Shown one piece after another: positions 10,570 to 21,600 of a DNA stretch of 64,000 nucleotides. The first letter of the stretch is position 1. The number at the start of each line of letters is the position of its first letter. A model generated the notes under the pieces. That model worked only from the letters and a program-made list of their open reading frames with translations. It ran no database searches and was not told where the DNA came from. A program made the translations under genes and the position numbers. The stretch comes from an uncultured delta proteobacterium (GTDB lineage Bacteria; Desulfobacterota; Zymogenia; Zymogenales; Zymogenaceae), in NCBI GenBank assembly GCA_963735595.1, contig CAVTLK010000001.1:227008-291007 (forward strand). The letters are read 5' to 3'.

Positions 10570-11754
10570 GAGGATGGTTTTACCTTTCCTGAATATCGCC
10601 GGTATCATCGGAAGGACGGCAAGGTTGATCAGCGCAAGGATCACAAACGTCCACCGGAATCCGACGTTGTCCACCAGAACTCCCGCCAGCGACTGTCCCA
10701 CGGCGATGCCGAGATTGCCTATGGCCATGAAGACCGCAAACATGGTTGCGGCAATCCGCGGGTTCGAAAAATCCATGCTCAGGGCGAAATAGACGGTTTC
10801 GTAATAGCCGAAGCCCATTCCGAACAAGAAGAGGAGCACGTAGGCCGTGTTCAGGTGATGGGCGCCGGCGATCGGAAGAATGGTCGCGGTTGAGATAAGC
10901 CAGCGCGATAACGAGGGAGTAGCGTGTGCCCGAGCCTATCGATGAACGCGCCGCCGAGTGCTGCGCCCGCTCCCGTCCCGATTCCGAAGAGGGCGGTCAC
11001 AAATCCTACGTTGAGCATCGAGATATCCGAGTCCCTCCTTAAGGAAGGGATTGGCGATACCCTCGACGTTATAGATGACCAGGGGATAGAGAAAGCCGAC
11101 CAGCATGAAGAAGAAGACGGGAAGGGATGCAAACGACTTGAACGCGGAAAACGAGAAGCTCACTTCGTCTTTTCGCGGCACCTCCGGTGGAACGAAGAAA
11201 TAGTAGATAACCGGGAGAATGGTAATGGCGCCGATGCCGAAGAAGACCGGCCGCCATCCGTAGTACTCGGTAACGTATCCGATCGACGCCGCCGCCAGCA
11301 CCATTCCAACGGCCCTGCCGCCCACCATGATTCCCTGAACGAATCCCCGTTTGTCTTTAGGAGTCCTGTCCAGGGCGTATCCGTCGGTTGCGGTATCAAA
11401 CGTGGCCATGCCGAGGGGAGCAAGGAAGAGGACCGCCGTAAACAGGACGGGGGTCTTAACGGGGGACAAGAACGGGACAAGGCATATGATAGTTCCCTCA
11501 AGAAGCAGGCCGACAATGATGAGGGGCTTTCGATAGCCCAGACCGAAGGGATTGACCGAATCGGAGAAGAGCCCGATAAAGACCTTGATGATCAGCGGGA
11601 TGAGCGCGATGGAACTGATAAGGCCGATCGTCGTGAAAGAAAGATCGAAGGTTCTCAGATAAATGATATTGAATCCGGTAAAATAGGTAATGAGGATACC
11701 CTCGAGGAAATAGATGAGCGAGTAGAATCCGCCGAGAAGATATTTATGTTCCAT
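10570..11754 (-). CDS. MFS transporter, frameshifted (pieces 11754-10936, 11132-10851, 10839-~10570)
   Basis: Twelve-TM-like hydrophobic profile. Reads GYRKPLIIVGLL..., DRTPKDKRGFVQG, then the C-terminal TMs. The 3' end runs into the epimerase start with no in-frame stop, which implies a shifted true stop. SD AAGGAG precedes the ATG at 11754. Confidence 0.55.
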
Positions 11755-11909
11755 GGTCTAACTCCTTGGTGAGAGATGAAAGCCGGGGGAAACCGTTATG
11801 AATGGGATTCCCCCGGCTCACTCGTGAAACACATAGGCAGGCCGTCCCGGGCAATTTATCTGCCGGGCAGGCCCGCGCACGGACGTGCCTTACCGGCACG
11901 TACACTCCT

Positions 11910-12625
11910 CTATTTCTTCTTAAGCCACATCTCCCAGAGGGGCACGAAGAAGAAGAAGAGGAAAGCGATACCGAGGAGCGCACCGCCGACTACGGAGAAA
12001 TAGGCAAAGGCCGCCGCAGTCTTGGCAAGCCACCACGAAAAGACGTCCATCACGATACCGGCATAGGCCGTGAGAACGAGCAGGATCTTCCAGCGGTCTT
12101 TGACGGTGGTCGCGATAAAGATCAGAGACAGGAGAAAGAACATCACCCCATGGGAGATGAGATGGGTATGAGAGAGGGTGCCGAGACGGCCGGGGGAAAC
12201 GCCGGTTGAAACCGCAACGTATTTCATGACTTCGTCATAGGTCGTCAACGGGGAACCGGACTCGGTGCCGTCTTTTGAGTGGCACATGGTGCAGCTTTTC
12301 TTCAATATCGGGACGACGGTCTCTTCGTACGACGTCTCTTCGGCACCGGCCCGATCCACTCTATAACGGCGTTCTTATCGCCGTCCGACGAGAAATAGGT
12401 CGCCATAGACCCGAGGCTCTTGTCCTCGAGGGCGGTTCCCTCGCGGTTGCCGTAGTAGGTGATGACGATATCGTTCATCGAGAGGCCCGGTTTGGCATCG
12501 GCATTTTCGTGGCAGATGTAAATGGTAAACAGGGCAAAGATATAACCGAGCCCCATTACGCAGAGGAAAACGGTAATCAGCAGCTTTGCCGGAATTCCAA
12601 GCTTAACAAGTCCTTTTTCAAACAT
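11910..12625 (-). CDS. Membrane protein with a single CXXCH heme-c motif plus a His-rich 3-TM C-terminus, with a frameshift near 12300-12360
   Basis: N-terminal piece MFEKGLVKLGIPAKLLITVFLCVMGLGYIFALF... (TM1). Second piece ...ILKKSCTMCHSKDG... followed by TM helices carrying SHTHLISHG. Neither piece is an independent ORF. Confidence 0.45.
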
Positions 12626-12723
12626 GGTGTGTCCTTTCCTCCAAGAGAGTGAAGTTCGGAGTGAGGGTATCCTGTTCTGCGGTAGATCAAAAGGAGATAC
12701 GGCGGCGGCCGATCAAGGCCCGA

Positions 12724-12970
12724 TTAACCGCCGCCGATAATCTGAAGAATCCTGATTTCGTCGCCGTCCGATCAGCACGTGGTCAGGCGTCACCCGGGAA
12801 CCGTTTATCATCGCGACAAACGGCATGCCCGCCCGGATGACTCCGGATTCCTTGAGGGCCTTTTTGAGTCTGGCGCCCTCATTAAGGTTATAGGTTCCGC
12901 CCCTGATGCGGGCCGCCAACGGGCCGTACGGTTTAACGGTTACGGTGATCTTTTTTCTCGAAAACAGCAT
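12724..12970 (-). CDS. ThiS/MoaD-family sulfur-carrier protein; the C-terminal GGG tail is recovered only after a 1-nt frame correction
   Basis: Reads ITVTVKPYGPLAARIRGGTYNLNEGARLKKALKESGV...VAMINGSRVTPDHVLIG. Shifted by one, the tail reads DGDEIRILQIIGGG* (TAA at 12724-12726), the canonical beta-grasp carrier ending in Gly-Gly. Confidence 0.6.
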
Positions 12971-13027
12971 GTCGGAAATCCGATAGAGATGATGAATAGG
13001 GTATTGCCGTACTAATTGACCGTGCCG

Positions 13028-13426
13028 CTATTTTATTGTGGGCCATACTCCCCTTGTGCCGGAGAACGTTGCGCCGGAGATCGCGGTTCCATAGCCGAAG
13101 GTGCCGACGAACGAGTCGCCCGCCTCATTCAGGGTGACAATACCACGGCCCGAGCCGAGTGGGCCCTCCCAGTCAAATTCGAATTTCGATCCCCTGACGG
13201 CTCCCCGGATCGTACGAAACTTCAGGGGAGAGGGGAAGGTTCCGGAGGCGTAACATTCATTCTGGGTGATCTCAACGGGACCGGCATCGGTGTTCCAGGT
13301 TCCAACGAAGCTCGCGCAGAGTGTCTTAGGCGGGACGCTCGGCGGCACCCGGACGCAGCCGGCGACTGCAATAATCGAAAGACCGACTATGATTGCCACG
13401 ACAAGAACTCTTGAGTAGCTTTTCAT
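13028..13426 (-). CDS. Hypothetical lipoprotein
   Basis: Signal peptide plus lipobox (MKSYSRVLVVAIIVGLSIIAVAGC). Intact ORF with no recognisable family. Confidence 0.5.
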   Translation of the reverse strand: MKSYSRVLVVAIIVGLSIIAVAGCVRVPPSVPPKTLCASFVGTWNTDAGPVEITQNECYASGTFPSPLKFRTIRGAVRGSKFEFDWEGPLGSGRGIVTLNEAGDSFVGTFGYGTAISGATFSGTRGVWPTIK

Positions 13427-13536
13427 CTGTTGCCTCCTGTTACATCCATAGATGTCGCTACTATACCACATCCGTATCTACCGTGCAACGGCTTCGGAGA
13501 CATCCGGCCGTTTCGGGATCGGGGACGGCCGTCCAA

Positions 13537-15748
13537 TTATGGTTTGAGCGTTTTGTACACGAAGCTCTCCCATCGGCGTATATCCGAAGTATAGTAGGGT
13601 GAGTAACGGCGGTCCGAGGGACCGCCGGCAATGTCCGTGTGAATTGCCGTTTCGCCGAGGTCGGCAATTATCCGATACGACGGGGCGAAGCTCGTCAATC
13701 TACCTCCGGTCCTGAATATCTGCCCCTGGACGATGGTGGCCCGGTTGCCGGGAAGTTCGACGGGACCGAAATCAAAGCCAAGTATACGGGGGAGCTTACC
13801 GCCGAAGAAGAGGTTTGCCATGAGTACCTTATGAGTCCTGCCATACGCAACGGCCGGTCCCTTCAGGCCGCGGTGGATTGCCTTCTGGTACAGCTCCTGG
13901 CGGTTCTTATCTCCAAACCAGAGCGATTTCTTGGCCAGCAGGATGCGGTCAAAATTAATATAGAAGTCGTTGAAAAGCCCCGTCTCGGCGAGACAATAGT
14001 CGATAACGTCCCTGCCCATTTCGAGCTCGCCGAAGACGAGATCGAGGAGCGACGTATATACCCGTTCGAACAGGGTAGCTCCCAGCGACTCGGTGTCGTA
14101 ACAAAGGTCCCAGTCACGCAGGATTTTCCCGTTGGGTGTGTCGGGCAGGAGCGGCTCGATAATCTTCATGAAGTATTGAGCCTGGAGGGAATAGAGGTCG
14201 CTACTGGATCTTCTTCATCTCCTCCACGTCCAGCGGTGTCCGCTTTTTCAGGAGGTCTCTTATCCGGTCGCCGCGATAGCTTCCCATCGGAAGGTTCTGA
14301 ACGACAACCTTGGAAAGGTGTGAGAGATCTTCGTTGGCAGTGGCTACGTAACCCTCGGGAGGATTATAGCTCCGCGGGTAGCTCGTCGGCGGAACTGATG
14401 CCCTTCCACTGGTGAGACGGATCCCAGCCGAGGTAGGGCAGTAGACCCGAAGTACCTTTTTTCCGCTTCGGGAAGTTCCCGCTCATCTGATAGCCGATGT
14501 TACCGGCGGTATCGGCGGCAACCCAGTTGAAGGCCGCAAAGCTCAGACCCGCAAAACGGCTCATCGCTTCCTTGACGTTCTTTGACCTGGGGACTTTGAG
14601 GATACTTTCCATAGACTGTGCGACGTTTCCGCGACGGCCCGACCAGGCAAACGAGAGCCAGTAGCCGTCGGCGGTCGGTTCTCCCTCGAGTACCCCATTA
14701 TCGCTCTCGTAAAATCGCAGGGTGATAGGCGCCTTCTTCTTGGGCCGGATGACCTCCTCGCGAACGGCAAAGGGGACCCGCTTCTTACCGCGCAGGCATT
14801 TCTTGTTTACGACATCCTCGATAAAATAGTCGATCGTATCCATAAAACCGTACGTGACCGACCACGCCAGGGTTATTGGAGCGGCCAAGGACAACCGCCG
14901 GTATGCCGGGGAAGGTCGCCCCCATAACGTAAAAGTCTCCCGATACCAGTACGGCCTCGTACCATAACGGCGGGCAGGCGGTTGACTTCGAGGTGCGGGT
15001 CGCCGCAGAGGATAGGCTTCTTTGACCTGGAGCGTGCGCCGGACACGGCCCAGTTATTACTGGCCGAAAATCGGGTAAGGACCGATAGCCATTTGACGGA
15101 CTCGGGCACCACGGGATTGACAAGGTTGACCTGCTTAATGATTTCGGTGAGGGACTCTTTCGGGCGTTCCATCGAGGGGAACAGCTCCTTGAGCTTTTCT
15201 ACCGACACCCCCTTTCGGATCATCTGGATGATACCCTTTTCCATTTCTCCCTGGGATTGGGTAAGGCCGATAAATCCGATAATCCTGGACATGAGGACGA
15301 TATCCTCCGGCGTCCACGGGTCGGGCTTGTACCCAACCAGTTTGAACTCGAAGGGCACGCCCGAATCGGCGATTGCCTTGTTTGCGCCGGCGCAGTAGGC
15401 GCTCAGGACGGCCAGTGTCTCCTTGTTCATCTTCTTTAATTCTTGTTTGGCGTCACCGCCGAGGGAAATCCATCTCATATACGTATCGGCGGCGATCAGC
15501 TCTTCGTCGGCCTTTAGCTTTTCGGAGGCCCGCCCCTGGCCGATGAGCTTTACGAGCCACATCGCAAGCTGCCGGTCGGTTCCATGCATATAGCCCAGCC
15601 CCCAGTAGAGGTCGATCTCGTGATCGGCACTGATATGGGGCACTCCGCCGGCGATACGCTTGATGGTGACGTTCCCCTTGGTTCCGCGAAGAACCGTCTC
15701 GACATCAGTTATCTTCATGATTACTCCAACTATGGATAATATAGACAT
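13537..15748 (-). pseudogene. Penicillin amidase / acyl-homoserine-lactone acylase family Ntn hydrolase (~735 aa), fragmented by at least three frameshifts
   Basis: Alpha-subunit piece 15748-14873 (...HEIDLYWGLGYMHGTDRQLAMW...). Beta-subunit nucleophile SNNWAVSG. Further family pieces are at 15123-14785 (GDFYVMGATFPGIPAVVLGRSNNPGV), 14894-14364 and 14169-13537. Confidence 0.65.
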
Positions 15749-15942
15749 TATGTACCATTACGGGAATCGTATTTCAAGAGATTAAATAGGATTTCTGTAA
15801 ATACGCGCAGCATTCATACGCGTAAAACGGTCGGCGGTTCCTCCGTCAGTATCTCTTCTCAAATAAAGTTCAGGCGCAAGAATCGGATAGTCAGAATGGC
15901 CGCTCCCATATAGTATATAATAAAACTGTTGAGGTATGAGCT

Positions 15943-17049
15943 ATGACGATATCAAGCGAGCATCCGCGCTGGTGGCGTGCCGTACTGGCACGGGATGACA
16001 ATTTTGACGATGTCTTTGTTTACGGCGTCCGCTCGACGGGAGTCTACTGCCGCCCGTCATGCGGGGCAAGGAAGCCGCGCGAGGATCAGGTGGTGTTCTT
16101 TGCCACGGCGGACGGGGCGCGGGCGGCCGGCTTTCGACCGTGTCGCCGGTGCCTGCCGGACGATACCTCCGGCCGGGATATACGGGGAGAGATGGTCAGG
16201 CTATCCCGCTTCATTGAAGACTACGACTCGCCGGACCGGCCGCTTACCCTGGCCGTTATGAGCGACTATATGAAGCTCAGTCCCTCGCATCTGCAGCGCA
16301 CGTTTACGAGGATAATGGGCGTGAGCCCCAGGAAGTACGCGGAGATGATGCGTCTCAAACTGCTCAAGACGCTGGTTAGGAACGGGCAACGGGTAACCGA
16401 CGCGCTGTACGAGGCGGGATACGGTTCCAGCAGCAGGGTTTACGAGGGCTCGGCCCATCGTCTGGGAATGACGCCCGGTGCGTATCGAAAGGGCGGTGCG
16501 GGTATGCGCATCCACTATACCGTTGTCGATTGCATTCTCGGGCGTCTCCTGGTCGGGGCTACCGAAAAGGGCGTTTCCGCGGTGCTGATCGGGCGGTCCG
16601 ATCGGGAGCTTAAAAACGCCCTCCGGGAGGAATACCCGTCGGCAGTGATCGTTCAGGATTCGTCCGGACTCGAGGAATATAGCGGGGCGCTTTTAGACTA
16701 TCTGAGGGATGGCCGGTCGGTACTCGACCTTCCCCTGGACATTCGTGTCACGGCTTTCCAGGCGCGGGTCTACGAGGAGCTGAAGAAGATCACCCGAGGA
16801 TCGGTACGAACCTACAGTCAGATCGCCGAGGGGATCGGAATGCCGGGGGCGGCCAGGGCGGTGGGCAACGCCTGCGCCGCGAACCCAACGGCGCTCGTGA
16901 TTCCGTGCCACCGGGTCGTAACAAAGAGTGGGGAACCGGGCGGCTACCGCTGGGGAGTGGAACGGAAGAAAGCGCTGCTGGCCATGGAAAGACGATCGGA
17001 CCGGCGATCGGACCGGGACGAGTTGTTCGAGCAGGGAGCGGGAATTTAG
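15943..17049 (+). CDS. ada: Bifunctional Ada: methylphosphotriester-DNA methyltransferase with AraC-type regulator, fused to O6-methylguanine-DNA methyltransferase
   Basis: N-terminal Zn Cys4 (YCRPSCGAR...FRPCRRC), AraC HTH, and C-terminal MGMT active site IPCHRVV. Intact, 368 aa. Confidence 0.85.
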   Translation: MTISSEHPRWWRAVLARDDNFDDVFVYGVRSTGVYCRPSCGARKPREDQVVFFATADGARAAGFRPCRRCLPDDTSGRDIRGEMVRLSRFIEDYDSPDRPLTLAVMSDYMKLSPSHLQRTFTRIMGVSPRKYAEMMRLKLLKTLVRNGQRVTDALYEAGYGSSSRVYEGSAHRLGMTPGAYRKGGAGMRIHYTVVDCILGRLLVGATEKGVSAVLIGRSDRELKNALREEYPSAVIVQDSSGLEEYSGALLDYLRDGRSVLDLPLDIRVTAFQARVYEELKKITRGSVRTYSQIAEGIGMPGAARAVGNACAANPTALVIPCHRVVTKSGEPGGYRWGVERKKALLAMERRSDRRSDRDELFEQGAGI

Positions 17050-17275
17050 GGCTACAGGAAACGTGGTCTATACCGTATACAACGCGATGCGGCGCGATGA
17101 GGAGCTAATCGATCTGTGACACGTCCGTAAGTAGGGTGGGTGCAGAACGTTGAGTTCACCAAGGGCGAATCCATTGAATGCCGGGAATCATTACTGCCGC
17201 CTTACCTTTCGACCGTTAAACGGCGCTTAGTCCATATAGGTAATCCATTCTTTGCCAGCTGAGCGGATAAGCGTC

Positions 17276-17545
17276 TTACCGAAGGGCGGATGAATCGCCG
17301 TCCGACATCTCCTCCATATAGACTATCTGCTCCTTGTTGACCAGGACAGTCCGCTCCTTCTGCCCCTGGACTGTGGCGCAGCTGAGGACCAGGAAACGGT
17401 TCTTCCCCTTGATCATCAGATCGCTGATTCGATGCATCGGCTCACTTTCGCTGTTGAGGTTGACGGTTCCCCGGATGGTGCTCCCATCGGTCATCCTCAC
17501 CTGGACATACCTGTCAACCGTGGTGACCTTTAGTGAATTGGGCAT
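17276..17545 (-). CDS. Hypothetical small protein (89 aa)
   Basis: Intact ORF between ada and the SDR gene. No motif recognised. Confidence 0.35.
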   Translation of the reverse strand: MPNSLKVTTVDRYVQVRMTDGSTIRGTVNLNSESEPMHRISDLMIKGKNRFLVLSCATVQGQKERTVLVNKEQIVYMEEMSDGDSSALR

Positions 17546-17736
17546 CGCGTCCTCCTTTACAGAATTTAATTGTTATATAATACTATCATTTGTGCAACAA
17601 ATCAATGCCGGTTTGAGACACGCACCGTTTCGACCGTTGCCGTGATGAATGATTGACTTTTTAAAGGTACTCGATTATCCTTGCCGGGCGATGCTGAATA
17701 TACCCCTTTTTTAACTATCAGAGGCGCGAGGAAATT

Positions 17737-18564
17737 ATGAAGAGGCATGATTTTAGAGACAAGAAGGTCCTGATAACGGGAGCTGCCGGCGGGATTGGGC
17801 GGGAGCTTTCGGCTCAATTCGCCAAGCGGGGGGCGCGGCTCCTTCTGGCGGGGCTTCCGGCGGAGAGAAAATCGCTGACGGAACTGGCGGCCCGGCTCAC
17901 CAAGGAGTACGGAGTCCAGGCGCATCTGTTTACGGTCGATCTCTCTTTGCGTGGCGGGCCGGAAAAGCTATATGCATCGGTCAAGAAGGCGGTCGGGGAT
18001 ATCTATGCGCTGGTCAATAACGCCGGCGCCGTTGCCTACGGTAGCGTGTGGGAGGTTCCGTGGGAGCCGCAGGAGAAGACCGTTACCGTTAATCTTCTCG
18101 TCCCCCTCAGGCTTATGCACCTGTTCATCCCGGACATGGTAAAGAAGGGAGAGGGTGTTGTCTTCAACACCGCCTCCGTGCAGGCGTTTCAGCCCACGCC
18201 GTACCATTCGGTCTACTGCGCCACGAAGGCGGGCATACAGATGTTGTCGGAGGGGATTCGGGCGGAACTCACGGGCACCGGCGTGTCGGTCTGTACGCTC
18301 AACCCGCCCTATACCAATACGGCCATGCTCAGGACAAAGGGATTCCCCAGGGAGATACGTTTTTACCGGATCAGCGGGATTAAGGAACCGGCGTGGATCG
18401 CACGAAAGGCGCTCGGCGCGTTCGAGAAAGACAAGTTCATGTACGTCCCCGGCCTCTGGACGAAGTTCATTCACCTGGTTCTGATTCGGTTCTCACCCAG
18501 ACGACTCGTTGATTTTGTGACGTACCACCTGCTCAAGGGGACGAGGAAGAGCGGCGTGTATTAA
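17737..18564 (+). CDS. Short-chain dehydrogenase/reductase (SDR) family oxidoreductase
   Basis: Reads TGAAGGIGRELS (Rossmann motif), ...NNAG..., YCATKAG (YxxxK). An SD precedes the start. Confidence 0.85.
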   Translation: MKRHDFRDKKVLITGAAGGIGRELSAQFAKRGARLLLAGLPAERKSLTELAARLTKEYGVQAHLFTVDLSLRGGPEKLYASVKKAVGDIYALVNNAGAVAYGSVWEVPWEPQEKTVTVNLLVPLRLMHLFIPDMVKKGEGVVFNTASVQAFQPTPYHSVYCATKAGIQMLSEGIRAELTGTGVSVCTLNPPYTNTAMLRTKGFPREIRFYRISGIKEPAWIARKALGAFEKDKFMYVPGLWTKFIHLVLIRFSPRRLVDFVTYHLLKGTRKSGVY

Positions 18565-18604
18565 GGACGTAACCGCGCGTGAAGAAACGGCCTTTCTGAA
18601 ACCG

Positions 18605-21600
18605 TCATTGGGGATTGTAAAAGACGATCTTGGGATCGGTTACGATTCCGGATAGCATCGGTTTTCCGAGGATGTTCTCCGTCGTATTCGTAACCGAAAT
18701 CTCAATCTCGTTTTCTCCGGAAGATAGGGCGTCGGTAACGTCATACCGATAGGGCGGCCAGAGCCTCGCCCCCATGTCGTGCCCGTTAAGGACGACGCGG
18801 CAGGCAACCCGCACATCACCCAGTTCAAGGATCGAGACCTTCCCCGTGAAACGCTTCGGGAGTCGGAACCGGGTCCTGTAGGCGATTGTTCCGCTGTAGT
18901 TGCCGGTTGCATTCGTACCCCAGGACAGGTGCCGTGTGGTTTCTTTTCTCGCGGTGATGATATCCAAATTGACATCAAAGTCACCGGCAAGAACAATCGG
19001 TTCAATACAGTGGATGGCCGGAATAACGGTCGGGAAACCGGGCTGACGGGATCGTATCCCAATACGGTTCGTTCCCCACCTGACGATATCGGAGAGGCTT
19101 GCCCTTTTGTTCTGACGATCCCACACAAAACACCCCTGAGCCCGGTTGCTGACAAGGACTCCGTTGACAAATATTTCAGTCGGCTGGCCGGTATCCTCCC
19201 ATACTAAAAAGATGCGCCGGGGAATGGTGCCCACAATGAAGTTTGCCTCAATCTCGAACTCAGAACCCACCGGGGGCAGGGGTGTTGAAAAGAAAAGTCC
19301 CATGTATCGGGCGGCGTCCCGTATCAGGTCAACCTTCCGGTAGTGAGTTTGACCCGGAACGGTTAGTCGGGCCAGGCGGGCCGCTGAGGAGTAAAACCGC
19401 ATTTCTCGCTCCATCGACGTGAAGGATCGATAGCCGATCTTTTTCCGAATACCCCAGACTCTACCGATCGATTCCGTAAGAACACGCACAGAGGCAATAA
19501 TGATCTTCGTAAAAAGACTAAAACGATCGTCTCCGGTAAGACGATTGAGCGGCGGCAGGGCTACAGGCGGCACAGATCGAATAAGTCTGAAATTGTCTAT
19601 TCGTAACATATTATCGGATCGATAATCGATTTCCCACCTTTCGGGAAAGAAGAACTCCCCTATCCTGTGCTCCTGAGGGGTAGACAGCCCGTGGAGGGCA
19701 TCGGTGCGTTCGGAGTGAATAACGTATATCCAGGACCTTCCCGGCTCGAAGGTAACCGGGAAGCAAACCCCGCGTTGTATCACCTGAAACTCGGGGACGC
19801 CGTATCGACGCCCATCTTCGGGGTCCCATGCCTCGGGAGCACCCGTGCCGGTCAGCGCAAGCGTTCCGGTGAATCGTTCTTCTCCGAGGTAAGAAAAGAA
19901 GTATATATCGGCGTCGTGAAACGTGCGTCTCTGATGTAAGAATTTATCAGAATTGTCTCCTAAAATATACAGCTGTTTCGGTATATTCAGGCGCAGATAA
20001 TGGATGAGATCGGCAGCATCCTTAACAAGGGTAATACCGATCCCAAGGGTAGCGGTTTGCTGCTTATTGATAACCGCGGGGTATTCCCCAACGAAAATGA
20101 CATTAACGCCGTTTCTCTTGGCGTTTTCGGTAAAGGCAAGCGTCGATGCGGGCATATACGTCGCCCTGGGAACAATGAGGGTTGAATAACGATTAGGTCC
20201 GATTGATATAACGCCGTCTTTACAGCGCACCAGCCCGCGTTCCAGCGCCTCTTCGTAGAGGAAGTCAAAATCACGGTGGTCGGAGAGGAGACGACCGATC
20301 AAATCGGTGAGGCCGGCGATAATTTTATTTCCCTCGCTAGTAAGGCGGCCCAGTCCTATGGTATTTACGAATAGAGACGACCGGGGAAATAATACGAGGG
20401 CGTCGGCCTTTGAATGTCCGGCGCTCATCATGAGGCATGTTCTGGAGATATAATCGGCCAGTATCGGAGCGTCACTCCAGTAAGGGAGTTGAAAGTAAAC
20501 GGAGGGCGGAAAATCCCGTTTGCGGAGGCCGACAATCGAGGCAAAGACGCCGTGAGTAAAAAATGATGTAATTCCAAGGGAAACGCCGCAGTCGATCGTC
20601 CGCTTCAGCAGTTGGGGCGTAACGCCCCATCCTTCTCCTTCCCATACCGCGGCCAGTGTCCGATCATCCTTGCCAATCCGTGAAACGCTCGATACAAATT
20701 TTGGGGTAAAATTCGACATAAGCAAGGGGGGGGTATCACTCAGATAATGTTTCCCGGTACAGCGGTAGCTTGTCGCCGGGACGCTCATTTCCGAAAGCGC
20801 CGCGTACGGATCACCCTGTGAATGGGGAAGCGTTTCAATGAATCCTTCCCTGCCGATGGTGGCCGAAAACAAAAGATTATGCTGACGGGCCCACGTTCCC
20901 ACGGCGTGATAGAAGTCCCGTGTGAGGTCGCTGATGAGGCAATAGTAATCGGTGCGCACGGAAACAAAATCGCCAACCTCACTGATAAGGGAGGGAAGGC
21001 GGCCCAGAAGGTCATAGCCGAATTTCTTCTTGAATATATCAGGCAGCGAGCCTGTCCAGGGGAAAGGGCACTGATTCTGAGGTGATTGAATCAGGATGCC
21101 TTCGATCGTATTTTCGAAGTATTTCTTGAGTATTTTTCGGAGCGGTTCGAGCACGGTATTGACATAATAACGGACGGCATCGGAGTTCAAGATATCCAGC
21201 CTGCCCATCCCGCCATGCGGGACCGATAGAGCATCCGGGTCTATCGGCGTCGGGGGATACAGGACATCGACTGAGGCGATAAGGCACTTCTTTCCCGGAG
21301 GATGTTCAGGCAGGTGCGTGACGGATCGTCCGCTGGTCAGATAGGTGCCGATTACTTGCCGGCTGGAATCCGGACGCTTTGCCGTTCGGAATACGATACC
21401 CTGGGCGCAGAAGCCGGGCCGCTCGGCGGACGGCGGTACGTGAGGAGGGCCGATCGGCTGCTGGTAATCGACGCAGATCCAGACTCTCATCGAGCGCGCC
21501 TTTGCGCGTCCGACAATCTCTGAGAGCCTGCGCCAGTACTCCTCCGAGGCCCACGGAACCGATAGACCGCTCCTCGGGGAAAGGACGACCTTCGTAAATC

